Assembly: GCA_045593265.1 (NCBI GenBank)
Contig: JAZNWH010000089.1
Span: 741 to 64,740 of the forward strand
Length of the DNA stretch: 64,000 nucleotides
Direction: 5' to 3'
DNA from: Clostridia bacterium
GTDB taxonomy: Bacteria > Bacillota > Clostridia > RGIG6154
A program made the translations under genes and the position numbers. Under the pieces are notes generated by a model. It made no database searches, was not told where the DNA came from, and saw nothing but the letters and a program-made list of their open reading frames with translations. How positions within the stretch are numbered: position 1 is the stretch's first letter; the number at the start of each line of letters is the position of its first letter. This document shows positions 20,124 to 28,930 of this stretch, piece after piece.

Positions 20124-20627
20124 TTAATATAAATATTCCAGACAATTACTTATGAATTTTTTTACACCTTTAACAAAAACTCCTCTTTCCTCAACAGGAA
20201 TTTCGGCACGATCAGGAACATTTACATCAACATATACCTTTTGTTCCGTTCGGGGAACATCCATATTAAGCTTATTTTTAGCTACTTCCTCTACATAATT
20301 AAGGTCTGTCGTTCTGTCAAGAGTAACTGTTGCCTGTTCATTCTGAGAATAAAGAACCAGCAGACGATTATTTATATCGTTAACCTGAGTATTCATCTTA
20401 GTTATTGTTGCACTTCTCCAAAGAATGACAAACAAACCTACCATCACAACAGCAAAAGCTATTTTCATAAGCTTTGCAGGATTGTCAAGAATGCTTGTTT
20501 TACTCTTTTTTCTTATAACTTCCTTTTCTTTTTCCGCAGTCTGCGGTATATCGTAAGCAAGACTTCCTTTTGTCAAATATCTGTCATAATACCCTGTCGA
20601 TGAATAAGTGTACGCACTCTGGGCCAT
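20124..20627 (-). CDS. ftsL: Cell division protein FtsL-like (septum formation initiator)
   Basis: Single transmembrane segment plus coiled-coil; located between rsmH and the PBP gene. Confidence 0.5.
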   Translation of the reverse strand: MAQSAYTYSSTGYYDRYLTKGSLAYDIPQTAEKEKEVIRKKSKTSILDNPAKLMKIAFAVVMVGLFVILWRSATITKMNTQVNDINNRLLVLYSQNEQATVTLDRTTDLNYVEEVAKNKLNMDVPRTEQKVYVDVNVPDRAEIPVEERGVFVKGVKKFISNCLEYLY

Positions 20628-20646
20628 TTAACTTTATTCCTCCGAT

Positions 20647-21579
20647 TTACAATTTTTCTATAATTCTGAGTTTAGCACAGGAAGAACGCGAGTTATAATC
20701 AAGTTCTTCCGGAGTTGCTGTTATTGGTTTTTTATTTACAAGCTTTCCTCTCGGACTTTTTCCGCAAACGCATACAGGAAAGTCCGGCGGACAGATGCAG
20801 CCTTTACAAAAATCATTAAAGGCTGTTTTAACAATTCTGTCCTCAAGAGAATGGAAAGTAATTATAGCAAGTTTAGAACCTTTGCTGAGGCAATCAAAAA
20901 AATCCTCCACAGCTTGTCTTAACACACCAAGCTCATTATTTACTTCAATTCTTATTGCCTGAAAAACTCTTTTTGCAGGATGTCCACCCTCTCTTCGTGC
21001 TTTAGCAGGTATTCCTGCTTTTATAAGTTCTACAAGCTCGAAGGTAGTTTCCACAGGCTTCGTCTTTTTGTATTCTTCTATTTTTTCTGCAATTCGCATT
21101 GCAAACTTTTCTTCACCGTAATTTCTGAATATATCAGCAAGCTTGTACTTATCGTATGTATTAACCACATCGTATGCATTTATACCCTGACTCTGATCCA
21201 TTCTCATATCAAGAGGCGCATCCGTATTATAAGAAAAACCTCTGTCTCCGTTATCAAGCTGATAGCTTGACACACCCAAATCAAGAATAGCACCATCAAT
21301 TTTCTCTATTCCATACTGTTTTAAAATGTTTTTTATTTCGGAATAATTTCCATGATGAAAAATTACTCTTCCTTCAAAGTCCTTTAATCTTTCGCCTGCT
21401 GCTTTTAAAGCTTCTTTATCTCTGTCAATACCAATCAGTTTAGCATTCTGAGATTGTGAAAGGATTCGGAGGGAGTGTCCTCCCCCTCCTAAGGTTCCGT
21501 CCACGTATACCCCAATATGTTTAACTTTTAAAGCATCTACACTTTCATCAAGTAAAACTGATATATGTTTAAATTCCAT
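20647..21579 (-). CDS. rsmH: 16S rRNA m4C1402 methyltransferase RsmH (MraW)
   Basis: HISVLL..DGTLGGGGHS SAM-binding motif. Confidence 0.9.
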   Translation of the reverse strand: MEFKHISVLLDESVDALKVKHIGVYVDGTLGGGGHSLRILSQSQNAKLIGIDRDKEALKAAGERLKDFEGRVIFHHGNYSEIKNILKQYGIEKIDGAILDLGVSSYQLDNGDRGFSYNTDAPLDMRMDQSQGINAYDVVNTYDKYKLADIFRNYGEEKFAMRIAEKIEEYKKTKPVETTFELVELIKAGIPAKARREGGHPAKRVFQAIRIEVNNELGVLRQAVEDFFDCLSKGSKLAIITFHSLEDRIVKTAFNDFCKGCICPPDFPVCVCGKSPRGKLVNKKPITATPEELDYNSRSSCAKLRIIEKL

Positions 21580-22046
21580 TACTCACTTTTACCCTTCAAA
21601 GAGATTTTTTTCATCATTGCTCCGAGGTTCTTGTCAACACTGCCGTATTTTTCATTCCAATCATCAGTGTCCCAGATATCAATGCAATTTGACATACCTA
21701 TAATCGTAACATTCTGTGTAAGGTTTGCATACTGGCGAAGGTTCTGAGGAATTAAAATTCTTCCCTGCTTGTCCACTTCGCATTCAGCAGAAAGTGAGTA
21801 TATAATATTTTTAATTTTAAGAACATCTTCATCTTCATCAGGAAGTGAATCAATTTTATATTTAAAATTCTCCCATTCCTGTGGTGAATACGCTCTTACA
21901 CAATTATCAAAACCAAGAGAAAGAACAAAAACGGGACCTACGTGCTCACGGTATTTTGCAGGCATTATAAGTCTGCCTTTCGCATCAATGCTATGCTGAT
22001 AGCTTCCTACTAACACGTTATCCCTCCTTTTCAAAAAATCTTCCAC
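21579..22046 (-). CDS. mraZ: Transcriptional regulator MraZ
   Basis: Duplicated DxKGR motifs (DAKGRLIMP, DKQGRILIP). Confidence 0.9.
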   Translation of the reverse strand: MEDFLKRRDNVLVGSYQHSIDAKGRLIMPAKYREHVGPVFVLSLGFDNCVRAYSPQEWENFKYKIDSLPDEDEDVLKIKNIIYSLSAECEVDKQGRILIPQNLRQYANLTQNVTIIGMSNCIDIWDTDDWNEKYGSVDKNLGAMMKKISLKGKSE

Positions 22047-22185
22047 TTTGTACCACTTTATGTGATTTTGATGACATTTTCTCCCACCATGTTATTATAT
22101 TACTACTTTTTTAAGAAAATTGCAATAGAATTTTAAAAATTTTTTATTAAATTTGAAAAAAATTTCCCAACACGAAACTAATGAT

Positions 22186-22231
22186 AAAAAAAAAAGCATC
22201 TCAATCTGAAAATTTTCAGATTGAGATGCTT
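22186..22231 (-). terminator. Terminator of the DtxR-family regulator gene (38-bp perfect palindrome)
   Basis: aagcatctcaatctgaaaattttcagattgagatgctt preceded by A10 on the plus strand, which is T10 after the hairpin on the minus strand. Confidence 0.7.
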
Positions 22232-22235
22232 AATA

Positions 22236-22607
22236 CTACTTTCTTAATTTATCAATATGCTGCTTTATTTTGTCAAATGTGATGTCGCTCAGACAATGCT
22301 CTATTCTGCAGCTATCCTCAAAAGCAGTTTTTTCATCAACGCCTATCGTTATAAACAGTTCTGCAAGAACTCTGTGTCGTTCATAAACTTTCTCGGCGAC
22401 CTCTGTTCCCTTCTCTGTTAATGACAAGTTGCCCGATTCATCCTTTATTACATATCCACCTTCGACAAAATGCTTCATGGCAACAGATACACTTGCTTTC
22501 GTAAAACCAAGTTCATTGGCTACATCTATACTTCTTACGCTTCCTTTTTTATTCTTTAAAACGAGAATTGTTTCAAGATAATTCTCGGATGATTCATTAA
22601 TTTTCAT
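22236..22607 (-). CDS. DtxR/MntR family metal-dependent transcriptional regulator
   Basis: N-terminal helix-turn-helix ..SIDVANELGFTKASVSVAMKHF..; 123 aa, typical MntR size; divergent from feoAB. Confidence 0.8.
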   Translation of the reverse strand: MKINESSENYLETILVLKNKKGSVRSIDVANELGFTKASVSVAMKHFVEGGYVIKDESGNLSLTEKGTEVAEKVYERHRVLAELFITIGVDEKTAFEDSCRIEHCLSDITFDKIKQHIDKLRK

Positions 22608-22690
22608 AGCAATTTCCTTTTAATTTAATAAGTTTATTTTATCATAAAAAAATAAAACTGTCAAATTTACAAATTTTTCTAAAAAAAGCC

Positions 22691-22719
22691 TTGACAAACC
22701 ATTGTTGCAATGCTATAAT
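22691..22719 (+). promoter_or_regulatory. Consensus sigma-A promoter for feoAB
   Basis: TTGACA, 17-nt spacer, TATAAT. Confidence 0.65.
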
Positions 22720-22725
22720 AATCCA

Positions 22726-22742
22726 AGTTAGTGTAAACTAAC
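22726..22742. promoter_or_regulatory. Candidate operator palindrome AGTTAG-TGTAA-CTAACT just downstream of the -10
   Basis: Inverted repeat; the same arms recur at 23030-23047. Confidence 0.4.
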
Positions 22743-22758
22743 TCATTTAAAAACAGAG

Positions 22759-22980
22759 GTGAAGACATTGAATCTTTTGCAGGCAGAAGAAGAAAAAGAA
22801 TATATCATAAAGTCCATTGAAACTGATGATGAAGAGCTTAATTCCTTTTTGTTTTCTCTTGGATGCTACAGTGGTGAAACTATTGCCGTTATCACCCATC
22901 GCAAAAGCGGATGCACCGTTGCTCTGAAAGACGGAAGATATAATATAGATAAACAGTTAGCGGAAGCTATCATTATTTAA
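22759..22980 (+). CDS. feoA: Ferrous iron transport protein A
   Basis: FeoA/SH3-like domain; GTG start; immediately upstream of feoB. Confidence 0.8.
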   Translation: MKTLNLLQAEEEKEYIIKSIETDDEELNSFLFSLGCYSGETIAVITHRKSGCTVALKDGRYNIDKQLAEAIII

Positions 22981-23029
22981 ATTTAAAATTTTAATCGGTC
23001 GTATTTCGACCGTATATATTTTGCAGCTC

Positions 23030-23047
23030 AGTTAGTTGCAACTAACT
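23030..23047. promoter_or_regulatory. Perfect 18-bp palindrome AGTTAGTTGCAACTAACT between feoA and feoB
   Basis: Direct observation; shares its AGTTAG/CTAACT arms with the site at 22726-22742. Confidence 0.4.
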
Positions 23048-23082
23048 TAATGAAATATATAAAATTAAAGGAGTGGTAAAAA

Positions 23083-25089
23083 ATGAGAATTGCTTTAACG
23101 GGCAATCCAAACAGTGGTAAAACTACTATGTACAATGCCCTGACAGGAAAAAATGAAAAGGTGGGTAACTGGGCAGGTGTTACAGTTGACAAAAAAGAAA
23201 GCCCTATCAAAAAAAGCTTTTACAAGGATAAAGAGTTAATTGCGGTCGACCTTCCGGGTGCTTACTCAATGTCTCCTTTTACATCCGAAGAAAGCATTAC
23301 CAGCGACTATGTTAAAAATGAAAATCCAGATGTTATTATAAACATTGTTGATGCTACAAATTTAAGCAGAAGCTTGTTTTTTACCACACAGTTACTTGAA
23401 CTGGGAATTCCTGTGGTTGTCGCATTAAACAAAAGCGATATCAACGAAAGGAAACACACAGTTATTGATGTTAATTTATTATCTGAAAAATTAGGTTGTC
23501 CTGTTATGCAGACAGTTTCTACTTCTTCAAAGGGTCTTAAGGAAATTATAAAAACCGCTATTTCCCAGGTTGGTAAAACTCAGAAACCACCTTATAAACA
23601 AGGAAACATAAACTTAAACGACAAAGAAGAGGTTGAAGCATCAGACAGAAACCGATTCAGCTTTGTTAACAAATTGGTCAAAGAGGTTGAAACAAAAACC
23701 GTCAACACAAACAAAAAGAATTCACAGGATAAGTTTGACGAAATAATAACAAACAAATGGCTCGGAATCCCTCTTTTTGCTGTAGTTATGTGGGTTGTGT
23801 TCTACATTTCGCAATCATGGCTCGGTCCCATGATTTCAGATTTGCTCGTAGGTTGGATTGAAGCATTCGGCGGTGTAGTTGAAGGCTTAATTGCAAGCTC
23901 TTCAAGTGAATTTTTGAAATCATTGGTTTCAAGCGCTATCATTGATGGTGTAGGTGCTGTTGTAAGCTTCCTGCCTCTTGTAATGGTAATGTATTTTATG
24001 ATTGCGCTTTTGGAAGACTGCGGTTATATGGCTCGCGCAACTGTTGTACTTGACCCTATTTTCAAAAAGGTAGGTCTTTCAGGAAAATCAGTTATTCCTT
24101 TCGTAATAGGTACAGGCTGTGCAATCCCGGGTGTTATGGCTTGCCGTACTATCCGTGATGAAAGAGAACGCAGAGCTACCGCAATGCTTGCACCATTTAT
24201 GCCATGCGGTGCGAAATTACCTGTTATCTCCTTATTTGTAGGTGCATTTTTCCCTCAGCATGCATGGATAAGCACTGCAATGTACTTTGCAGGTATAGTT
24301 ATAATACTTTTATGTGCACTTCTTGTTAATGCTATTACAGGCTACAAACACAAAAAATCATTTTTCATCATAGAGCTTCCTGAATATAAAGTACCAAGCT
24401 TATGGGGTGCTGTAAAATCAATGTGCAGCAGAGGTTGGGCATACATAGTAAAAGCCGGTACTATAATACTGGTATGTAACGTAGTTGTTGTATTAATGAG
24501 TTCTTTTACCCCTGCATTTAAAGCTGCAGCAGAAAACGGTTCCGATTCAATGCTCGCTTTTGTATGTAAGCCTGTTGATTGGTTACTCATTCCTGTTATA
24601 GGTGTTGCATCATGGAAATTAGTTGCATGTGCAATCACCGGCTTTATAGCAAAGGAAAATGTTGTGGGCACAATTGCAACCTTGTTTGGTCTTAGTGCAG
24701 TTATAAACGGAGATTTAGAATTAATTGGTGAAGGAAGTGCTGTTGCCAATGCTTTAAACCTTACTCCTGCTGCCGCTCTTGCATATATGATGTTTAATTT
24801 ATTTACTCCTCCCTGCTTTGCAGCAATAGGTGCAATGAATTCTGAAATTAAAAGCAAGAAGTGGTTATCAGGTGCTATAGCTCTTCAATTAGCTGTAGGA
24901 TTTACTGTTGGTTTTATTGCATATCAGTTAACCAATCTTATTACAGAACACACTCTCGGAAACGGATTTATTTCAGGAATACTTGCAATAGCAGTTTTTG
25001 CAATAATTATAATAGCTATAATTATCAATAATAACAAAAAACTCAAAAAAGACGAAATAAATAAAAATCAAAAGGTTTCCGTAAAATAA
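23083..25089 (+). CDS. feoB: Ferrous iron transporter B
   Basis: N-terminal G-domain MRIALTGNPNSGKTTMYNALTG; polytopic C-terminal membrane domain. Confidence 0.95.
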   Translation: MRIALTGNPNSGKTTMYNALTGKNEKVGNWAGVTVDKKESPIKKSFYKDKELIAVDLPGAYSMSPFTSEESITSDYVKNENPDVIINIVDATNLSRSLFFTTQLLELGIPVVVALNKSDINERKHTVIDVNLLSEKLGCPVMQTVSTSSKGLKEIIKTAISQVGKTQKPPYKQGNINLNDKEEVEASDRNRFSFVNKLVKEVETKTVNTNKKNSQDKFDEIITNKWLGIPLFAVVMWVVFYISQSWLGPMISDLLVGWIEAFGGVVEGLIASSSSEFLKSLVSSAIIDGVGAVVSFLPLVMVMYFMIALLEDCGYMARATVVLDPIFKKVGLSGKSVIPFVIGTGCAIPGVMACRTIRDERERRATAMLAPFMPCGAKLPVISLFVGAFFPQHAWISTAMYFAGIVIILLCALLVNAITGYKHKKSFFIIELPEYKVPSLWGAVKSMCSRGWAYIVKAGTIILVCNVVVVLMSSFTPAFKAAAENGSDSMLAFVCKPVDWLLIPVIGVASWKLVACAITGFIAKENVVGTIATLFGLSAVINGDLELIGEGSAVANALNLTPAAALAYMMFNLFTPPCFAAIGAMNSEIKSKKWLSGAIALQLAVGFTVGFIAYQLTNLITEHTLGNGFISGILAIAVFAIIIIAIIINNNKKLKKDEINKNQKVSVK

Positions 25090-25103
25090 AAGGAGCTGAT
25101 TGT

Positions 25104-25268
25104 ATGAATTTAACAGATTTTGCCATAATCGGTATTGTTGCAGTTATTTTAATATCGGTAATCGTATATATTATAAAAGCTAAAAAAAGTGGTGCAAAAT
25201 GTATAGGTTGCCCTTACAGCAAAAACTGTAACTCAAAGTCATCATGCTCCTGCAACAAAGAAAAATAA
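25104..25268 (+). CDS. FeoB-associated Cys-rich small membrane protein (54 aa; absent from the ORF track)
   Basis: MNLTDFAIIGIVAVILISVIVYIIKAKKSGAKCIGCPYSKNCNSKSSCSCNKEK: one transmembrane helix followed by a Cys-rich tail; AGGAG ribosome-binding site; sits directly after feoB. Confidence 0.7.
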   Translation: MNLTDFAIIGIVAVILISVIVYIIKAKKSGAKCIGCPYSKNCNSKSSCSCNKEK

Positions 25269-25309
25269 ATCTAAAATGCGTTGGACTTTTTATAGTCCAA
25301 CGCATTTTT

Positions 25310-26752
25310 TTAGTCTTCCTTTACTGCAATTCCCTCTGCTGATGAAATACACTTAATACCATTAGTATCTATGTTTTTAAAAGTAACCTCACCTTTTCCG
25401 TGTCCGCCGAAAACAGAATCAAAATACTTTCCACATCTCATATTTTCAAACACTACATTTTTAAGCTCCATACCATTTGCGTAAACGCAGGAGAAACCAT
25501 CAGATTTTGTATTGTTCCAATCAATGAAAATATGTTCATCATCTTTAAGCGGCTTTGCCTCTTCGTCATAGGTTACATTTGAAAATCTCAGATTTTCTAC
25601 TTCTCCCTCACCAAAATAAGCTGCCATAAATCCGTTACCGAAAAGACGGATATTATCAAAGCTTGAATCGATAAGTGTATTATTTATGAAAATAGCATAA
25701 CGCGAATGAGTCATAACATTAGAAACGGAAATACCAAAGGTTTCTCCATGCTTAGCTTTTTCCTTATCGTACCAATAAGATTCCCCTATAATAATAGCAG
25801 CTTCCGTTCTGTAACCTTTTTCACCCGGAATAAGCTGTCTCCAGGGTATTATGTTGCCATCTTCATCAGTTTCAATCACTAAATCAGGATTTTGTGCTAC
25901 CGGTGCATCTTTTTCAGACCATGGAGATGTTTCTATTACATTATCAATTCTTACATTGTAAATTTTATATCCATCGTGATTAAGAAGTCTGATTAATGCA
26001 CATCCACCTACACCATATCCCATAATATTTCTGATAGTGATATTATGAATATGACCCTCAGAAACATCATTTACTACCTTACTGTAAATAGAATCCTCTG
26101 TTGCAAGAAGTGCAACAATGTTATCACCGACACAACCAAAAATATTTTCAACGATAATATCATGACAACCCTTACATATATCAACACCATCCTGATTAGG
26201 TACATTGCTGCTGCTTGAATAACGGATATTACTTATCCTGCTATAAGAAGTTGTATACATACAAATACCCCAGTAACGCTGGTTTTTGATAAGGAGATTG
26301 TCAATTTTAAGATTCTCCATATTGCGGAAATACATCATACAGTTTTCAGAAATATGGTGCTCATACTTTTGAGCAACCTTTCTTGAAATACCGTTATTTT
26401 CGTACATTCCATTATGTATTCCACCATCAAGAGTTGCACTTCCGATACCACGTATTGTTATATTTCTTTGTTTATCACATTCGCCTATTTTGCCTTCAAT
26501 TCTGGCATTACTGTTGGCAAAAGCATTACAGTAAGCACCATCGCCGATTCTTAAATATGCATTCTGTAAAACAACATCTGACTCATTTTCAAGAAAGATT
26601 GTTTTTGTGATATTCCATATAGCTTGTCCTGTGCGTTCATTAAATTTGGGAATTAATACAGATTTACCCATTTTTGAAGCATCAATAACAGCTTGCTGAA
26701 TCATATCACTGTCGCATTCTAAATGCTTGTAATCATTTACATTAATATACAT
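25310..26752 (-). CDS. Right-handed beta-helix protein of the pectate-lyase superfamily (GH28/GH55-like, PF12708-like N-terminus), lacking a signal peptide
   Basis: N-terminus ..NVNDYKHLECDSDMIQQAVIDASKMGKSVLIP resembles Pectate_lyase_3; repeated N/G/I-rich beta-helix coils. Confidence 0.5.
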   Translation of the reverse strand: MYINVNDYKHLECDSDMIQQAVIDASKMGKSVLIPKFNERTGQAIWNITKTIFLENESDVVLQNAYLRIGDGAYCNAFANSNARIEGKIGECDKQRNITIRGIGSATLDGGIHNGMYENNGISRKVAQKYEHHISENCMMYFRNMENLKIDNLLIKNQRYWGICMYTTSYSRISNIRYSSSSNVPNQDGVDICKGCHDIIVENIFGCVGDNIVALLATEDSIYSKVVNDVSEGHIHNITIRNIMGYGVGGCALIRLLNHDGYKIYNVRIDNVIETSPWSEKDAPVAQNPDLVIETDEDGNIIPWRQLIPGEKGYRTEAAIIIGESYWYDKEKAKHGETFGISVSNVMTHSRYAIFINNTLIDSSFDNIRLFGNGFMAAYFGEGEVENLRFSNVTYDEEAKPLKDDEHIFIDWNNTKSDGFSCVYANGMELKNVVFENMRCGKYFDSVFGGHGKGEVTFKNIDTNGIKCISSAEGIAVKED

Positions 26753-26765
26753 TTCTCTTCTCCTT

Positions 26766-27689
26766 TTATATTGTTACGGCAAAAATTGATAATATTACCG
26801 CTATATACATTCTTTTTCCTGCTACTTCACCTAAAACAAATTTTGATACTACAAAACATGCTATCATAGTAAGGGCACTTGATACAGGTGAATAATATGA
26901 TAAGTCCACCAATGACATCAGTTTTACACTAAGCAAGCTGAATAAGTTTGATGCAACTGCAGACAGAAATACCCAAAACAGCCCTTTCATTCCAACATTT
27001 TGAATTTCATCTGATACTTTGAATTTATGTAGCTTAACTATAAACAATGTGAACACTGTGCTTATAATAAACAAAAACAAATTGGTAATGAAAAACCACG
27101 AGTCAGGGTCAAGATTTTTTTGCATTGCTCCACTTTTTGTAACAACCGAGCACAAAACCTCTACAAGCACACATATACAGCACATGATAATACCTTTATA
27201 TTCCGTCTTCTGTCCGTATTTTACAGGTGCTACCACAACTATTGCAGAAATTATTCTTAATATACATTTTATAATGTTTTCAGCAAGTATTGCTTCTTTA
27301 AAAATTATTATACCTGCAATCTGATTTAATACTAAGGATAATGAACCTACAAAAATCATTTTAAAAGCAACTGTACTATACTTTAGCGTAACCATACTAA
27401 AAACGACGCTAAGACAGCAACAAACTCCGTAAATAATCCCATATACTATGTTAACAGGACTAAATGTAATATCAAAACCACTTATCACAGCAAAGTTTAT
27501 CATTGCAAAAACACTGGTAAAAATAAGGATAATTCCATATCTGCATATATTTACAGCTATCATCGACATTTTTTTGCCCACATAATTTGAAGTTCCCTCT
27601 ACCAGAAAAAAAGCTGCAAACAACAATGTTGCTATCATGTCCATCACCATATTAATTGTAAAACAACTTATATTGAATTTACAAGACAT
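26766..27689 (-). CDS. Polytopic membrane protein, putatively a DMT/EamA-like permease
   Basis: About 10 predicted transmembrane segments in two halves; no specific motif recognised. Confidence 0.4.
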   Translation of the reverse strand: MSCKFNISCFTINMVMDMIATLLFAAFFLVEGTSNYVGKKMSMIAVNICRYGIILIFTSVFAMINFAVISGFDITFSPVNIVYGIIYGVCCCLSVVFSMVTLKYSTVAFKMIFVGSLSLVLNQIAGIIIFKEAILAENIIKCILRIISAIVVVAPVKYGQKTEYKGIIMCCICVLVEVLCSVVTKSGAMQKNLDPDSWFFITNLFLFIISTVFTLFIVKLHKFKVSDEIQNVGMKGLFWVFLSAVASNLFSLLSVKLMSLVDLSYYSPVSSALTMIACFVVSKFVLGEVAGKRMYIAVILSIFAVTI

Positions 27690-27733
27690 TTATGTTATAA
27701 TTATAAGACAATATTTAACATTGAGGTGTTGTT

Positions 27734-28504
27734 ATGTTTCCTGTAAAACCATCCAGCAAATTTGAAGCTGATTATTTTACTAATCTTAAGTGTCCTGTAC
27801 ACATAAACGGAGAGTGTGAAATTCTATGCTGCAAAAAGGGAGAGCTTCAGGTAAATGTAAATGACACTCAGTTTACTTTAAGACAAAATCAAACACTTTT
27901 CATTATGCCCTTTGAATATCACGAGTTCTCTACTCCTAAAAACAGCGAATGTATCCGTTTCATTATATACTCCCAGTCAGCTCAATCATTTTTCGACACT
28001 ATAGAAAACAAAAAAGCCACAAAACGAATATTTACAACAGATATAAAAACATTAAATTACATAGAATCCATTTTAGAGCCTAACCCTGATATTGTAACAA
28101 CCAAGGCTATAACATATGTTTTGAGCAGAATGATTTTAAAAAATTGTCAATTTGCAGAAAACAGCAATGGCGAACTTAGTCTATTTACAAAATCTCTTAA
28201 TTATATATTAAACAATTTTGCTTCGGGAATTACCCTTGAAAGTACAGCAAAAAATTTAGGGGTACATCCTGTTCATCTGAGCAGAACCTTCAGCAACAAT
28301 TCAAAATACAAGTTTACCGAATATCTTAATCTTATGAAATTTTCAAACGCACAACTGCTTTTAAAAAATACAGATAAATCAATTACTGAAATTTCTTTTG
28401 AATCAGGGTTTAATTCACTGAGAAACTTTAACAGAATTTTTTACTCAATAGCAAAAATGACTCCCTCAGAATACAGGAAGTCATCTTCGTCAATCAACTT
28501 TTAA
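27734..28504 (+). CDS. AraC family transcriptional regulator
   Basis: N-terminal cupin-like domain, C-terminal AraC helix-turn-helix (..LGVHPVHLSRTFSNNSKYKFTEYLN..). Confidence 0.8.
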   Translation: MFPVKPSSKFEADYFTNLKCPVHINGECEILCCKKGELQVNVNDTQFTLRQNQTLFIMPFEYHEFSTPKNSECIRFIIYSQSAQSFFDTIENKKATKRIFTTDIKTLNYIESILEPNPDIVTTKAITYVLSRMILKNCQFAENSNGELSLFTKSLNYILNNFASGITLESTAKNLGVHPVHLSRTFSNNSKYKFTEYLNLMKFSNAQLLLKNTDKSITEISFESGFNSLRNFNRIFYSIAKMTPSEYRKSSSSINF

Positions 28505-28930
28505 ACGCTTTTGTATAAGACGGAAAAGAATTCTTTTTTTCCGTCTTATTTTTATATACAGGAGATACCATTTCATAAAAGAGCTGTTGCAATCTATAAA
28601 TTTTTCTTTTCTGTAAACACCGCAAACTTTTGCAATAATATCCTCTTTCTTTATGCCATACTCATAAACATGCTGATTGTCTCCACAAAAGCTAAGCCCA
28701 TTTTTTGTTTCCACAACACGGTGAAGTATGTACATTTTGTTTGCTCTTTTATAAAGAAGTATATCATTTTTTTCAATGCTTTCACATTTTTCAAGCAAAA
28801 CCGAATCCTTATTTTGGCGGATAAGAGGCATCATACTTATTCCTTTTGGATAAAAACGGAACTTTCCTCCATTATTTACCGTTTCAACGATCAACGGTAC
28901 AATATCATTCATTGATACATTTTTCTTCAT
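28490..28930 (-). CDS. S26 (signal peptidase I-like) serine peptidase domain protein, about 146 aa, no N-terminal membrane anchor
   Basis: YPKGISMMPLI matches the SPase I box B (G-x-SM-x-P-T/L); LLYKRANKMYILHRVVE matches the box D YIKR..KRVIG-like lysine region; start most likely ATG at 28930 (a GAGGA ribosome-binding site upstream), while the ORF track uses a TTG at 28948; overlaps the 3' end of the ABC gene by 26 nt, suggesting translational coupling. Confidence 0.55.
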   Translation of the reverse strand: MKKNVSMNDIVPLIVETVNNGGKFRFYPKGISMMPLIRQNKDSVLLEKCESIEKNDILLYKRANKMYILHRVVETKNGLSFCGDNQHVYEYGIKKEDIIAKVCGVYRKEKFIDCNSSFMKWYLLYIKIRRKKRILFRLIQKRLKVD

